Shown piece after piece: positions 12,477 to 25,860 of a stretch of DNA of 64,000 bases; position 1 is the stretch's first letter, and each line of letters begins with the position of its first letter. This stretch comes from Octopus vulgaris (Eukaryota). The notes beneath the pieces are model-generated. The model had not been told where the DNA came from, searched no databases, and worked only from the letters and a program-made list of their open reading frames with translations. The position numbers and the translations under genes were made by a program. Where the stretch lies: NCBI GenBank assembly GCA_951406725.2, contig OX597818.1, forward strand, positions 5,456,001-5,520,000. Direction: 5' to 3'.

Positions 12477-14506
12477 CTATCTATATAGGATTTTCCACAA
12501 AAATTGTCCAGGTTTCTTATCAAAATACCAGGGATGTTAAGGCAGATGCTCTTACTACAGGTCGCCTTCTTTTAGCGTCTTTGACTGTCAATCCCTTCCA
12601 CTGTGTTTGTTATTTATTTTCCCTCTAGCAGCGAGACCGACTGAATGGGCATTGTGTTTTATTATATGTAACATCAGCGACGTCTCAACTTACGTCATTT
12701 TCTGTACTCACTTAATCACCAGTCTATTCTCTCTTGGAAGAATTTCTACATGAAATCTGTTTATTGTAGGTTTCAAATAACACAAAATGGATCATTAATA
12801 TTGGTTCTCAAACACATGGAATCTTTCCCTAGCCTTTAACATACCACCTTGCTATTTAATACATTAATATTCCTTACAGTCTAATCTTTTCGCAATAAAT
12901 TCATCAGCGTATAGGAAGTCACCAAGCGTATATAAAGATACGGTTCTACAATGCTGGGGTTTTAATTTCCAAATGTGTATTTCACATCTGCTGATAAACC
13001 GATCTTCTGCAAAAATGAATGGTTCCACGTGGAGTACTAGACCAATCAAACTTGTTTTCTATTCACATGGCATAGAAAGACATAACAATTATTTTGAATA
13101 CTTGAAATAGGTGAATTCTATTTCCACCGTCGTAAAAGAGATTGTGTTTCTCCGCGATGTTGTTTTGATATTTGTATAACACTGAAATTGCTTTAGCATA
13201 GACGCATGACGAGCCAGAGGAAACGATGTACCCAATTAATAAGTCTGTATGATTCCCGAAGTTTGATCTAGAAAATGCATTTCTAACCTTTCAAGTCGAA
13301 CAGGAACATAGAACTTAACCATTATCAATATGCCGTCCGACAGTTCTGACATAACCCCTTGTTCTCTGAAGTGTCTGTTTCATAAGTAATATTTCCACAT
13401 ACGATTTCATTTGTTTACAATATAGTGCTATACTGTATTATTTTATATTTATTCCAAATTTTGATGCATCAACAGATCGAAATATGAATCAGAAGTTTAC
13501 ACGGGAAGAGTTGACATTTTGTCATGCTGAAAAAAAAAGCTATTCAAGGAAGATAACTCCCTTCTCAGGTAGCCTTTTTTCCATCGATTAATTTTTTAAG
13601 ACTGAAGTCCATCTGCTGGATTTAGTGGAGGCGCGTGTCTCAGTGATTAGCGTACATTATCGATTCATGGATCGGGCGACGCCTTGTGTTTTTAAACAAA
13701 ATACCGTGTGCCTCTAAGTCATTAATAGCTGGAAGAATTCACTTAGAAAACCATTCAGCACACACACACACACACGCACACACACACACACACAAACGCA
13801 CTCACATACATACTCTTAGACAAAGTCACGCATGTTTAAAAACCTACCAGATAATTCCGTAGATTCTATTTTCTACACCCGGGCAACATAGCACTAACCA
13901 AAACATTGTCTGTCAAAGAATTATTAAAAGGAATTTATTGCAATTGATAGGAAGAAACTTACACCTTTTATTCTGTCATTAATTCCAACCATCTCATCAA
14001 AACATTTCTTTCATTCTTTCTCTTTTTCTTTCTTTCTTTTGAATTCACAACCAACATATTTACACATACATATTCACACATCTACACACATATACACACA
14101 CAACAATAATGAGAGAAATATAATGGAATTCACGGCACTCTTTCTTCAGAGCCACTACGATCGTTTCTACCCATCATGCACTTGCTCATGTGAGATGCCC
14201 TATAAACAGCTACAATACATCGTGGGTGCAGACGCTTCGATTAAATGCAATATAAAATGTCTATGCAACACTGCTCGAACGTATATAACAGTGTATGTTA
14301 TATAGCACAGAGCTTCTTTGCACAACATATATGTGATCATAATGAAAGGCATTCGCAATGTGAAAACGGTAATGACAATATCTGAAGAGTATAGATTAAT
14401 AGCCTACTAAAAGTATGATACGTGTAATTGTTTACTTTCTGTTCTACAGAGCATATTGCATGATTTCTTGTGTTTGCTTTGTGAGGTGGTTACTTATCTA
14501 TTTGTG

Positions 14507-14825
14507 GAAGGGGGTGTGGCAAAGTGGTTTGAATATTCGGCGCACGTCCGTAAGACCGCGCATTCGATTCCTGGCGGCCCGATATAGCTTTGATCAAGAC
14601 ACTTTATTGCACATTGCTCCAGCCCACTCGGAAAAAAAATGGTGTACTAGTAAGACAAAATGGCCGGCCATGTCGCATTTTGTTTCACACTGAAACTCGA
14701 TCAGAACAACATTAAAGATGTATGTGTCTATGCAGTGCTCAGTCACTTTCCATGTCTAATTTCATGAGCAGGTGCTCCCTCTGATAGAATCAATTCAACT
14801 GGAAAACTCGCCTTCGTAACAGACC
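14507..14825 (+). mobile_element. Decayed tRNA-derived SINE
   Basis: A-box-like TGGCAAAGTGG, B-box-like ATTCGATTCC, followed by CAAGACACTTTATT..CACATTGCTCCAG core. Confidence 0.6.
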
Positions 14826-14847
14826 ATTTATGTGGCTAACGTGTGCA

Positions 14848-14909
<62 letters not shown>

Positions 14910-15052
14910 GCAATTAAGATTCAAGTCGGTTCTATTGAATTCACTTGAATGCGGTACTTAACTTAGATGCACCAGAAAACTATATGGTATTAACCATACA
15001 ATAATGAGGGGTGATTATAAACGAGAAAAAAAGCAACAAGAATGGATTAGTT

Positions 15053-15143
15053 TTTCAGTACAATTGTTTCATACAAAGACAAGCTTCATTAAAAGCTGCA
15101 AATATTGCAGCAAATACAAGTGTCCCGTACTCATCAGCCAAAA
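15053..15143 (-). ncRNA. Type I hammerhead ribozyme, canonical core, extended stem II, in PLE-type 3' end (~14905-15503)
   Basis: Minus strand TTTTGG-CTGATGA-GTACGGGACA..TGTCTTTGTAT-GAAAC-AATT-GTA^CTGAAA. Confidence 0.85.
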
Positions 15144-15362
15144 CACATATGAGTTCTCCAAGCATCCTAGTGGGTGAGGCTACACTCATGAAGTATCGGA
15201 GATAGTTCTATAAAAAGCAAATTTAGGTTGTAAGCAGACTTCCAAAGTTCTCAAATGATGATGTACAGTCTTATAACAGGTTTTAAAAAAGCTTGTTAGC
15301 TTCACAGAGAAGGTAAATCAATCCATAATGTAGGTGCAAATTACCGGAGATATGAGGAGATA

Positions 15363-15728
15363 TTTCATACTCACAGACGATGAATCTATCCATGATTAAT
15401 CCACAATAAGGTGGGTATAATGTCCTGCAATATGATAAGATACTTGTCACACCTCTGTTCATTTCACAAAACTGCTATGTTAGAAATTTTAAAGGCTGAA
15501 GGATACTGGGATAACTGAGAGTTATCCCAGTATGCTCTTTGTGGGCGGTTTTTCTTTTTTCTTTTTCTTTTCTTTGCTCCACAAAATTCCTTCAGCCTTT
15601 AAAATTTCTAACATAGCAGTTTTGTGAAATGAACAGAGGTGTGACAAGTATCTTATCATATAGCAGGAAATTATACCCACCTTATTGTGGATTAATCATG
15701 GATAGATTCATCGTCTGTGAGTATGAAA
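15363..15728. repeat. Near-perfect 141-bp inverted repeat with structured spacer
   Basis: Arms 15363-15503 and 15588-15728, 2 mismatches; perfect 14-bp hairpin 15503-15533 at the spacer edge. Confidence 0.95.
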
Positions 15729-16671
15729 GAATGCAATTGGTTTAAAATAAAATAATTTACATATATACCAAACTAGTTTTAAAAATATTTTTTGTTCATC
15801 AATGGTAAAAATTTTTGAATTATGAATTAGTAAAACATGTTTAAAAGTTTCAATGTTAACAAGTTTAAATGTTCATAACAGTCGATAATATAACAAACTG
15901 GATCAACTTAAATGTACAGATGTCAATAGCGTCATAAGTGGTCGACAAGAAACTAATATAATCAAAGTTTCATTCATACTGAGTTAAGAGGGAGAAAAAC
16001 AAGGGAGAAATGAAGATAGTAATAAAAGGGATTTAGTTTACAGCTTCTGCGATTATTTTTCCTTTGTGTGCGAAATAAATTGTTATCTGCGGGGAGACAT
16101 ACTGCTTACGCGCTCATCGATTCAATTATTATTTATTTAAGACAATCCAAAATTAGTTAAATTGAAAGTGAACTAACTAAATAGTTCCATTACCCGAATA
16201 TTATTTATTTTTTGTGTCCTTCAAAAATTTTCGTTGCTTTGGTAACCTTGTCAGTGGATGTTATATATGCCCGTTATCGGAGCTACGTTCTTTTTGCCTG
16301 TTATACAGATGTACACTACGCCTCATAGTATACAGTCCAGGAGATCCATTTTTAGCTGAGCTTACAAATCAGTTTCACACAGGATTTCGACAGTTAGCTG
16401 ACTACTTAACACTTCTATCTTTAGAATGTCTGGCATGAAACATGGCGATGAGTGTTTGCTATTGGAAGTCAGGAAGTATTGTACCCATTTCGTGAGTGCT
16501 GGGAAATAGTCAGAAAGAACCGGTGGGTTCCATCAAAATTTATGTCTCTTCCCCATCAAATCTTCGTGAGTGGTAAATGCCAAAAAATGGGATTTGTGTT
16601 CGAGCGGTGTGGAGTTGAATATCAGACGGGTGCTTAAAGGATAATATGGGAGGGGTACCTAATATGGGAGG

Positions 16672-17455
16672 TACTAGAAATAGCAGCCAAAAGTCTGCTA
16701 TTTCTTTTTTCTACAAAATATGTCCATAATTAATGGAAGACTGTTTGATTTCACTATTTTTTCTTCTTTTTGCCTATGTGAGTTACAAATATTGTTAAGA
16801 AATAGCAGTCTTTTGGCTGCTATTTCAAAAATTCTCGGCATGTGGTCAAGCAACTTGTTGCTAAACCCTTAATTATTGTTATAATTATATATAAAAAAAA
16901 ACAACTTTTTGTATAAGTTTTTACTGAATATGATTCTTTTCCATACCGAAAACTATTTGGTAAAGTTTGTTAATTTATTAAATTAATAATTTTTTACCCT
17001 ATATCTGTAATGATCATTTCAATCCACGATCACAAAACTGCGGATCTCTTTCTACGGTACTATCTTGTGAGGTACATTGTAAACTTGGAGGGAAATACGA
17101 ATTCACTCGTCTATATAAATGTGGATATGCTGATTAACTTTTGTATGTTCTGATGGCGCTTGGTCAGAAAACAAGTGGTAAGTTTTCCAAGCATTTTCAG
17201 ATTTATAATTCTCGAAATATTATGTTGATGACGGAAATGAATATTTATAATTCTAATCCAGAAACGCATCCATAATTAATCGAAAACTGTTTGATTTCAT
17301 TATTTTTCTTCTTTTTGCCTATGTGAGATAAAAATATTGTTATCTGTGGAGACATATTTTGTCGAAAAAAGAAATAGCAGTCTTTTGGCTGCTGTTCGTT
17401 AAATTTTCGGTACATGGTTAAGCAACTTGTTGCTAAACCCTTAATTATTGTTATA
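16672..17455 (+). mobile_element. ORF-less HHR element, copy C (~546-570 bp unit, older)
   Basis: Diverged direct repeats ~16722-16885 and ~17270-17455; short 5' inversion 16677-16706; shares TGCTAAACCCTTAAT, AAATAG..CTATTT and GGTAAA..TTTACC elements with copies A and B. Confidence 0.8.
17219..17276 (+). ncRNA. Type I HHR motif, decayed (U3.G8)
   Basis: ATTATG-TTGATGA-CGGA..TCCA-GAAAC-GC-ATC^CATAAT; 6-bp stem I. Confidence 0.65.
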
Positions 17456-17478
17456 TATATGTATGTATGTATGTATGT

Positions 17479-17588
<110 letters not shown>

Positions 17589-17623
17589 CTGTATATAAAT
17601 ATATATTTATAAATACATACATA

Positions 17624-17667
<44 letters not shown>

Positions 17668-17736
17668 CATACATAGATATATATATGTATATATATATGT
17701 ATATGTATGTATGTATGTATGTATATATATATTATA

Positions 17737-18286
17737 GTCAGTTGACTTTCGAGTGCTACTGGTAACATGTAACCCAGTACAACCTGATGCACGTTCGGGT
17801 CGTCGGTGACTAAACCGGCAACCCCACCAAGCTTGCTTGGTGAGCAGGGTGTTTATTGGACACCCTGCGGGATGAAAAACCAAACCTGTCAAAGGGTGGA
17901 GGAACTCTTGAGAGTCAACGACCATCCAATAAATATCTTAAGGCTGTATCATGCGCGGGGACAGAAATAATCGGACTGAATACCCGATCGCGCGGTTAAA
18001 CTATTGGGAGTGAAGGACTCCTAGCCTTTGTTAGGGCATCCTTCTAGGAGAGGGTAACTCAGGTAACTGGGATAACTCCGACATAAAACCTGCGGCTCAG
18101 TGGTTGCCGATGATGTTGACTTGTTCTTCTTTTCGGATTATGGCTGCTGTTGCTTAGTGAGTGGGATTGACTCAGTGCACAGCCTTTCCTCACTTAAAAA
18201 AAATATTCTTGCACAGGCATTGCACGATAACAACATTGATTAAGCTTTGTGCAATGGCCATACTCGATAACGAGGGGCCAGCCACC
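17737..18286 (+). mobile_element. Second copy of ~550-bp RTE-derived non-autonomous element
   Basis: Colinear with reverse complement of 4784-5334; flanked by (TA)n. Confidence 0.7.
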
Positions 18287-18679
18287 TTATGTATATATAT
18301 ATATATATGGAAAATAGGACAAGATAGAAATTGCTAAAACAATTTATTCATGAAACAACACACAAATGCACACGCACACAAACGCACACACACACACACA
18401 CTTATATATATGAGTATATATTGTGTCTGGAGATTTTATTAGTAAATTTTTTTCTAAATATTCGTAGCTTTTGAAACTTGTCAATGGATGTTGACTGTCC
18501 GTATTTGGGGCAGCGTTAATTCTTTGTGCGCATGTGTGTGCGTCAATTTGCATGAGTGCTTGTGTATGCACGTAGTATGTATTACGTGTGCATGAATGTA
18601 TGTATGTGTGTATGTCTAGTCGTGCGATTTGTTGTTGGGATTATAGAAGACAGAGTCAAGGGCGCTACCGGAGTTACTA

Positions 18680-19340
18680 TTTCGTAATTGTTATTGTTAC
18701 GGTTGCCGGCGTTGTTGCTGCTGGTGTTGTGTTCATTGTTGAGGTTGTTTTTCTTACTGTTGTTGTTGTGGGTGTTGTTGGTGTTGAAGCTGGTGGTGGT
18801 GATGGTGTTGGTGATGTTGTGGTTATCATTGTTGTTATTGTTGTTGTTTTGATTTCATATGTTTGTGTTGTTGCTATAGTTGCTTGTGTGGGAGATGTGG
18901 TTATTACCGCTATTGTTGCTGTTGTTTTGGTTTCGTATATTTGTGTTGTTGATTTGGTTTCGTATGTAAGTATTGTTGTTGTTTTATTGTCCATCTTATT
19001 TTTAAGAAACATTTCTCAATCTCAGAGAGACAATCAATTTTTCTGACCTTATATGTATCGAACTTCGGAGGTAACCCTAAGGCATGCATATCATCCGCAT
19101 CTAGTTGTACTGCACCGTATTTGTTGCTGTTGTTGTTAGTGGTGGTATTGTTTTCTGGTGCCCTGTCATCGAAGAAGTCTGCTGGTAAATTACATTTCAA
19201 CATGAATATCACGTCGATATTGTTTGGGTACCTGTGTTGATTCTTACCATGCTGAGATCGGTGTTTTTGCTGTTTCATCCACTTGAGTTTGTTGTTGAAG
19301 TGTTTGTTACAGGCATGCTTTATCCGGAAGTTTTCTTGTT
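18680..19340 (-). pseudogene. PLE N-terminal ORF fragment with (CAA)-rich low-complexity region
   Basis: DMHALGLPPKF..LSEIEKCFLKIRW resembles the L.LGPKF..IE....LRW N-terminal motif of PLE ORFs. Confidence 0.5.
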
Positions 19341-19375
19341 GGATGAATGATGTCTGTGTGTGTGTGTATGAATAT

Positions 19376-19597
19376 AGGCACAGGCGTGGATGTGTGGTAA
19401 AAAGCTTGCTTTCCTACCACATGATTCGGGGTTCAGTTAAACTGAGTGGCACCTTGGGCAAGCGTCTTCTACTATAGCCTCGGGCCAACCAAAGCCTTGT
19501 GAGTGGATTTGGTAGACAGAAACTGAAAGAAGCACGTCGTATATATATATACATCCTGCATGGCCGATGTTAAATGAATAAAACGGCTAAAAGGAGA

Positions 19598-19629
<32 letters not shown>

Positions 19630-19640
19630 CTGCGTGTGTC

Positions 19641-19675
<35 letters not shown>

Positions 19676-19915
19676 GTGTTCTGTCTGTGTATGCGACTTT
19701 GTGTCTGTGTTTGTCACCCATCAACGCTTGATACGCGGTGCTAGTTTGTTTACGTCCCCGTAAATTAGAAACCTAGCGATTCGGCCAAAAAGACCGATAA
19801 AATAAATACCAAGCTTTTAGAAACAAGTACTCGGGTCGATATATCAGACAAATAATTTTTCATAGGTGTACCCCAGCATGGCTACAGTCTAAGGATTGAA
19901 ACATGTAAAAGATAA
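19376..19915 (+). mobile_element. tRNA-derived SINE with internal (GT)n
   Basis: Head GGCGTGGATGTGTGGTAA..GGTTCAGT, core CACCTTGGGCAAG, tail CCCCAGCATGGC..GAAACATGTAAAAGATAAAA; fragments at 26308-26403, 35960-36045, 54320-54367. Confidence 0.8.
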
Positions 19916-21887
19916 AATATATGTGGAAACAAGAATAAATAGTGAAACATGGTACATTTTTGAAATGAATTTTATATTATTAAGCCTGCATATCTTTTAA
20001 CAATTTCATAGTAGATGTATTTGATGTTTGACATATAATTCAGTATAGTGAAATTAATATATAGCAAATTTGCGGAAAGTGGTGAGACGCGTACAGCATT
20101 ACAATTTACATGTAATTTACAGAGTATGTAATGTTGCCGAAACAACATGAAACACTGATCGTGTACTACTAGTTGCTACTTGGTAGAGGAAGGTGTTTAC
20201 TGAGCCGTGGTATAGTCCATGTAGCAGCTGTTCATTTCAGAATAATTCTTCCCCGAGTATATATTGTGATAGTAAATTTGCCTCTCCCATCACTCATCGA
20301 TGTCCATCTTTGTCGATTTAGGTGCAGCATACATTCAATTATTTCAACACCAGATACGGTTTATCGGAGATTCAAAGAATTATACTCTCAAATCTATATT
20401 ATAATCTGAATATAGCATAAGAAGTCTGTGAAGCATGAAGAATGAACTGCATAAATGTCTGCAGAAGACACATAAATTCTTGTCCTTTACAATGTTAAAA
20501 CTTGGGAAGATTTCCTTAACTACGTTCCATTATATTGTAGGTGATCATTAAATAAACATTGAAGCCAACAATGAAATATAATATTCTTGAATCTCATAAG
20601 CAATGATAAAATCAATATTTTTACGTCATCAATGGTGTTATGGCCAACAATGTATAAGGTTTGTAGGGCACATTTCATTTATAGTTCCGAAACGTTGAAG
20701 AGATTCAAGTTTTGAGATACATCCAATTTAATTTTATGAGTGTGAATATCAAAACAACTTATCGATCTCCTTTAGAAATAGACCGAACTCTTGCAGACAT
20801 AAACTAAACTGATACAAAACAGACACTTCAATTTCGTTTCAAATCCCAATGTAATTGCTTTTGTCTAATTCTAATTTGGTAAACAAAATTCATGCACTAA
20901 AAGAAAATCTTTAATAATATTATTGAAATATTCTTGCATTTTGTCGTTATTGTTCAAACAGATATGGAACCTTATCGTGGTTTAAACAATAGCATATCAA
21001 GAGACTATCACCACTAGTATTTCCGCCGTAATCAAAATTTAGTTTAGTATACATATATAGAACTATAATGTATTATTACTGCTTTATCTTTTTAAATACA
21101 TAGTGTGACATGAGATAGATGTGATAGTTTTTTCAAGCAGTTTCAGTGACTACTTGTCTATATATGGAATGATTTTCTGCAGTTGATTGATTTGAAGACA
21201 GGGATTTTACTCACCTCCTCTGTAATTTCAAGTAACAAGTTCAAATTCCATCTCTGTTTGGATAATAACCCTAAGATATGAGTTACCGGTAAAGCAAAGC
21301 GATCCATTCAGATTCTTTCAGAAATTATTGATTGCTTTCAGAGTTATGAATAAATAATTTATCTTTGTTTCTTTCCGATATTTTCAATTTGCAGTAAAAC
21401 TGTCAACTCAAATCGGCATAGATATTAAATATTAAATTTCATGTATTTTCTAAATACTGTGATTCTTTCAATATCCTTATCATTCTGTCACAAATTTTGG
21501 GCAATGTCAAGGAGCGGGAAATAATATCGTATCATACCATAATGGAGAAATTTCGTTTTATATATATGTGCATCCTTTATTCCGATATTTTAATCTGCAA
21601 TTTTAATTTATTAGCATACATGCTTGAAATAAACCCGCGGTTTGTATGTTAACTCCACAAATATAATATGTATGGGGATTATTCCTATAAAACAATGACT
21701 GCATATGCTGTATGAAAAGCGTTATATTTCACAAGCAAGGAATATTCTAATGTAGCATATTGAAAAGTCCATAAATTTACAGAAATTTCTGACTGGAAGA
21801 ATCCTGCAAATAGATACTGAGGGTAGAAAATAAATAGCGACTATGGAAATAACAAAACCATCTGTATCTTTGTTGTGTAAATATTAA

Positions 21888-22240
21888 TTTCAAATTTTTG
21901 GCACAAGATCAGCAAGTTTAGTGGGAAGAATAAATCGATTACATCGACACTAGAGCCCAATTGGTATTAATTTTATAGACCTTAAAGGGATGAAAGGTAA
22001 AGTTGAGCCTGAACTCATTTGAACATAGAGTGTAATGTCGGATGGAACACCACTAACCATTTTTCACAACGTCGTAACATTTCTGCCAGCTCGCTGCCTT
22101 ATATTTGTTGTGTAAATATTGATTTCAAATATTGGCCGTTTCAGGGGAGGACGTAAGTCGATTATATCCACCCCAGTGCTCAACTGGTACTTATTTTATT
22201 GACCTCGATAGGATGAAGGGCAGAATCAACCACAGTGTAA
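21888..22240 (-). mobile_element. Two decayed copies of a second SINE family
   Basis: Plus-strand GGTACTTATTTTAT(C/T)GACC..AGGATGAAAGG motif; related copies at 35405-35550 and ~52270-52390. Confidence 0.65.
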
Positions 22241-23699
22241 TTTCTAAGCTAATGCTGATTGTAAAATCTGTATATTAAACTTCCCTGTCAATCAGAGATT
22301 CCATCTACTTATTTTTTATCGACGAAATTTGTAATATTACTAATTTGCAACAGCAGATATAGAGAAACAGGTAGACTAAAATGAAATTAAATGAGCTTCG
22401 TTACTGAAAACTATAGTGGTGATGATGGTGGTGGTGATGATGTGCTGATAGTGAAAAGCACTTTTATACCGAACTAAATCTATAATATTATTCCTCTACC
22501 TCTTCGTTCACACTTAACGCTTAAGTTTGTTAGAGAGGAGGAAGAGGTGAAGTGGGACAGAAGAGGGAATGTGAAAGTGAGTGAGAAAGCAGATAGCCAG
22601 CTGATGCATTAAAGTAAAATAACATAGCAAAATAAAAATAAAATGCAAATCATACTTTCTTTCTTAAATAGATTTTCCTAATTTTTTTCGTTCTGTGGAA
22701 TTTCAAAGGGTCCCACTAGTAAACATTAATTTGTCAGCCCTGATAGAAAATGTGCTACGGCTCTATCAGATTAAATAGTCCTTGCGTTAGACAAGTCCTC
22801 TTCAGTATTAACTGATCTTTTGTACATGATGTGCAACCATAGAGGAACGGTAGCTTCAAATCAAAGATGAAGTGTGACCTTTGTACGAAAACCCGAGAAT
22901 TCTGATGTAAGGCAGTAATAGTCTCAACAAAAATCTGAACCGTTAACGCCTTGTATGCACACGGACAATATCCTTATGCAGATAAAATCCTCCTTAAATT
23001 TAGTTCTGGTTCAGGGGAAAAAAACGTCGGTTTTTGAAATGTTTAATTGATGAGTTTTATTGAGATATATATTTTAATATGTGTGGGTGCGTGTCTATAT
23101 TTGATTATATGCATGTAGGTATAAGTGCATATGTATACGTGAATGTGTGTGTGCATGTGTGCGTGTGTGCATTTCTTTGTGTGTGTGTGTGTGTGTGTGT
23201 GTATTTGTGTGCGTTCGTGCGTGTATGTGTATATGTATATGTATATGTGTGTCTATACATATTTGTATCTTTAGGTAAAATTCTAAACATATATAAACAG
23301 GTGAGATAAAGCATTCATGATGAATCGAACGGACATAATATTTGCTGAAAATGCTCGCTAGATTCGTTATCATCAAGGTTTTATGTCAAATGTTTTAATT
23401 TGTTTAAAATTTTACCTGGTAATGGTGGATTGTATGCTGTGATGTAATCTATGAATACATCAATTCGTAAATTCAAACCCCATTTTACTCTACGAGCCTT
23501 GAGTCGGATCTGACACTTACACATCTACAATATCCTACCAACCCATGATACTTTCATGATTACTTATTTCACTGTTAACGTAGGTTAACGTAAAAGTAAC
23601 TAGTATTTATCACGTCCTGTATGTAAATATCCATGGATTCAAACGACTCCTATAACTAACATCATTTTACAAGCATCTTCCCCTGCCAATTTAACATCG

Positions 23700-24060
23700 C
23701 CCCGGCTGAACTCTTGGTCCTTCGATGCCTCCGACGCCACAAACACACCATCATAAAACTGGTCGACAAAGGTAGAGCCATGATGGAGTGGCGCGCAGAT
23801 TTCTATAAGGCTGACGCACTCCAACCACTACCATCCAACACCACGCTTAACTACTAACTGACTGTGTCCTCCACTATCCATGACCTCATTTCATCCTCCC
23901 ACCTCCCTCCCACCGCTTTCAATATCATTGTCTACACTCCACGCACTTCCACTATTTACTTCCTTCCAAAACTACACAAGCCCATCAACCCAGTCCGCCT
24001 CATCGTCATCTGCCCCACTGAATTGATCTCAAAATACTTCGACCGTGCCCTTGCCTCCCT
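23700..24060 (+). pseudogene. PLE reverse transcriptase fragment
   Basis: DKGRAMMEWRADFY (DKG motif) and YFLPKLHKPINPVRLIV..PTELISKYFD. Confidence 0.8.
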
Positions 24061-24693
24061 TGTTAGTTTCAAATTGCGAATCGCTATTTTTGTAATCTGC
24101 TTGTCCTGTTTGTTCACGCATTGAAAGCAACCAGTTGCTCAGAAAGCTAGCACATACCATTTCGCTAGCAACAAGGGGAGTACAGGATGGCAGTCAGCCA
24201 AAACCGTCGCTATGCCGTCTCTCTTCTTTCCTCCTGCTGTCTCTCTTATGATGTCCAATTCCTCTTGAAGTTGTATATATATTGTGTCAAGATCCGTTAT
24301 CAATCAATCATCCTTATTGAGAAGAAACAGTCAAAAGTAACCACCACATACAAACACCAAACATCTCCCCTACTTAACACTGTCCAAGTTAACCCGCTTC
24401 ATCTTTACAGCTGATATGAAAAATTTCGAGGAAAAGGCAATCATTTTAACTAAGCAAAAAAAGTAGAAAAAAATTATTGCTATTAAACATCGTAAAATTT
24501 TTGGGTTAATATTCTTAATCTTTAGTTAGAGTTTCTCATTCAAACTACAGAAAAGACAGAATTGGCGGATTAAGTCAGTAGGGTGTTTTGAGGGAGATTT
24601 AGCTGCTATTTCTACTAGGTCTAGCTACCATGTACATGTCTATCTATCTCTCTTTCTCACTCCCTTTCTCTCTCACACACACGCGAACACACA

Positions 24694-24759
<66 letters not shown>

Positions 24760-24839
24760 CGTCTATTTCATATAGACTTACATCTTTCACTTACTTTCTG
24801 TGTCCTATTCGCTTTTTCTTCTTTCAATTACTGCTTTCT

Positions 24840-25804
24840 TCAAATATTTTTTCACGGAATGGGCGCGAGAAGCACAGAAAAGATGTAATGTCTCCACAAA
24901 CAAGTATAAAGCAAGGAGGATTGTAGAAAACCGAAGGCGAGAGTCTGAGCAGAGAAGCGAGATGAGATTTTGTCAAGATCTGCAAATGTATGTTGCAGCA
25001 CTTAATGCCGGATCATTAAGTTAATGTTTTAATGATTAGACATAGGTCCAATAGAATAACTCTCAGAAACAGACTACGTACAACTCGTTCTTCACAAATC
25101 CTCAAGCTGTTTTCAGATATGATCCATTCCATTCTTATGAAAATGATAACTCTGTCCACATTGGTGTGCTAAACACAAATTGACGTTTCTGCAGTGCTTT
25201 AAAATTTTCAAATGAAACAAGTGGTATGTGCTGCTCAGGCGGTCAGGTAACATTGCCAGTACTACCAGCTCCTTCTCAACCTCTTATGGATCTTCTAGAA
25301 GGCACTTCCATCTAGTCAAAGGATTTGTGAACAATATCAGACAATACAACTCTGCATTTCAAATGACATCGTTTGGTGCATCTAAACATGAATTTACGCC
25401 GACGTCAAAGTTCAAGGGCAAGTCTATCACCTCATTGGTTCCCTTTTACCCACAAATGAACAACCACAGTTCCTTAAAATTTACTTTATGCGTGTTGTAA
25501 GACAACAAACCCAAAGGACGTGCTAACATTTCAGATGATGGCTCGTTAGACACAGCGCTGACTGCTGCAAAAGAGAGTATATATACTGACACCTTTTTGG
25601 TTGTGCAAAAGTCCCCCCTAATTTTTCATGACAGGTGAGGGCCTGAACTATTCCAGACGGACGAATAGTATGTTACTTAGTCGAATTAGCCCATAATTTA
25701 CTCCACAAATGTTTTATTGTCAATGCTTTACTTTCCCATATAACCTGTTTCAACATAACTAGACTATATTATGTACAAACGCCGAGCAACGCCGGGTACC
25801 TCTG

Positions 25805-25808
<4 letters not shown>
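24840..25808 (+). mobile_element. Internally deleted Helitron
   Basis: CCSGGQVTLP, NIRQYNSAFQMTSFGA, VQGQVYHLIGSLLP Rep-helicase N-terminal motifs; 3' hairpin CCGAGCAACGCCGG then CTAA/T; 5' boundary approximate. Confidence 0.8.

Positions 25809-25860
<52 letters not shown>

Noticed and set aside
12870-12916. Minus-strand CTGATGA..GAAA motif
   Set aside because: No stem II and no NUH triplet; probably chance
16200-16650. Possible old LINE endonuclease remnant on minus strand (PPVLSDY, GSPGL)
   Set aside because: Too degenerate to support; the same applies to ~45850-46950 and ~52480-52950
17858-17908. Twister-like CACCCT..AAAGGGTGGAGG in the RTE-like element
   Set aside because: Pairing is broken in the other copy, competes with a stronger hairpin, and the UAA/AAGC consensus is absent
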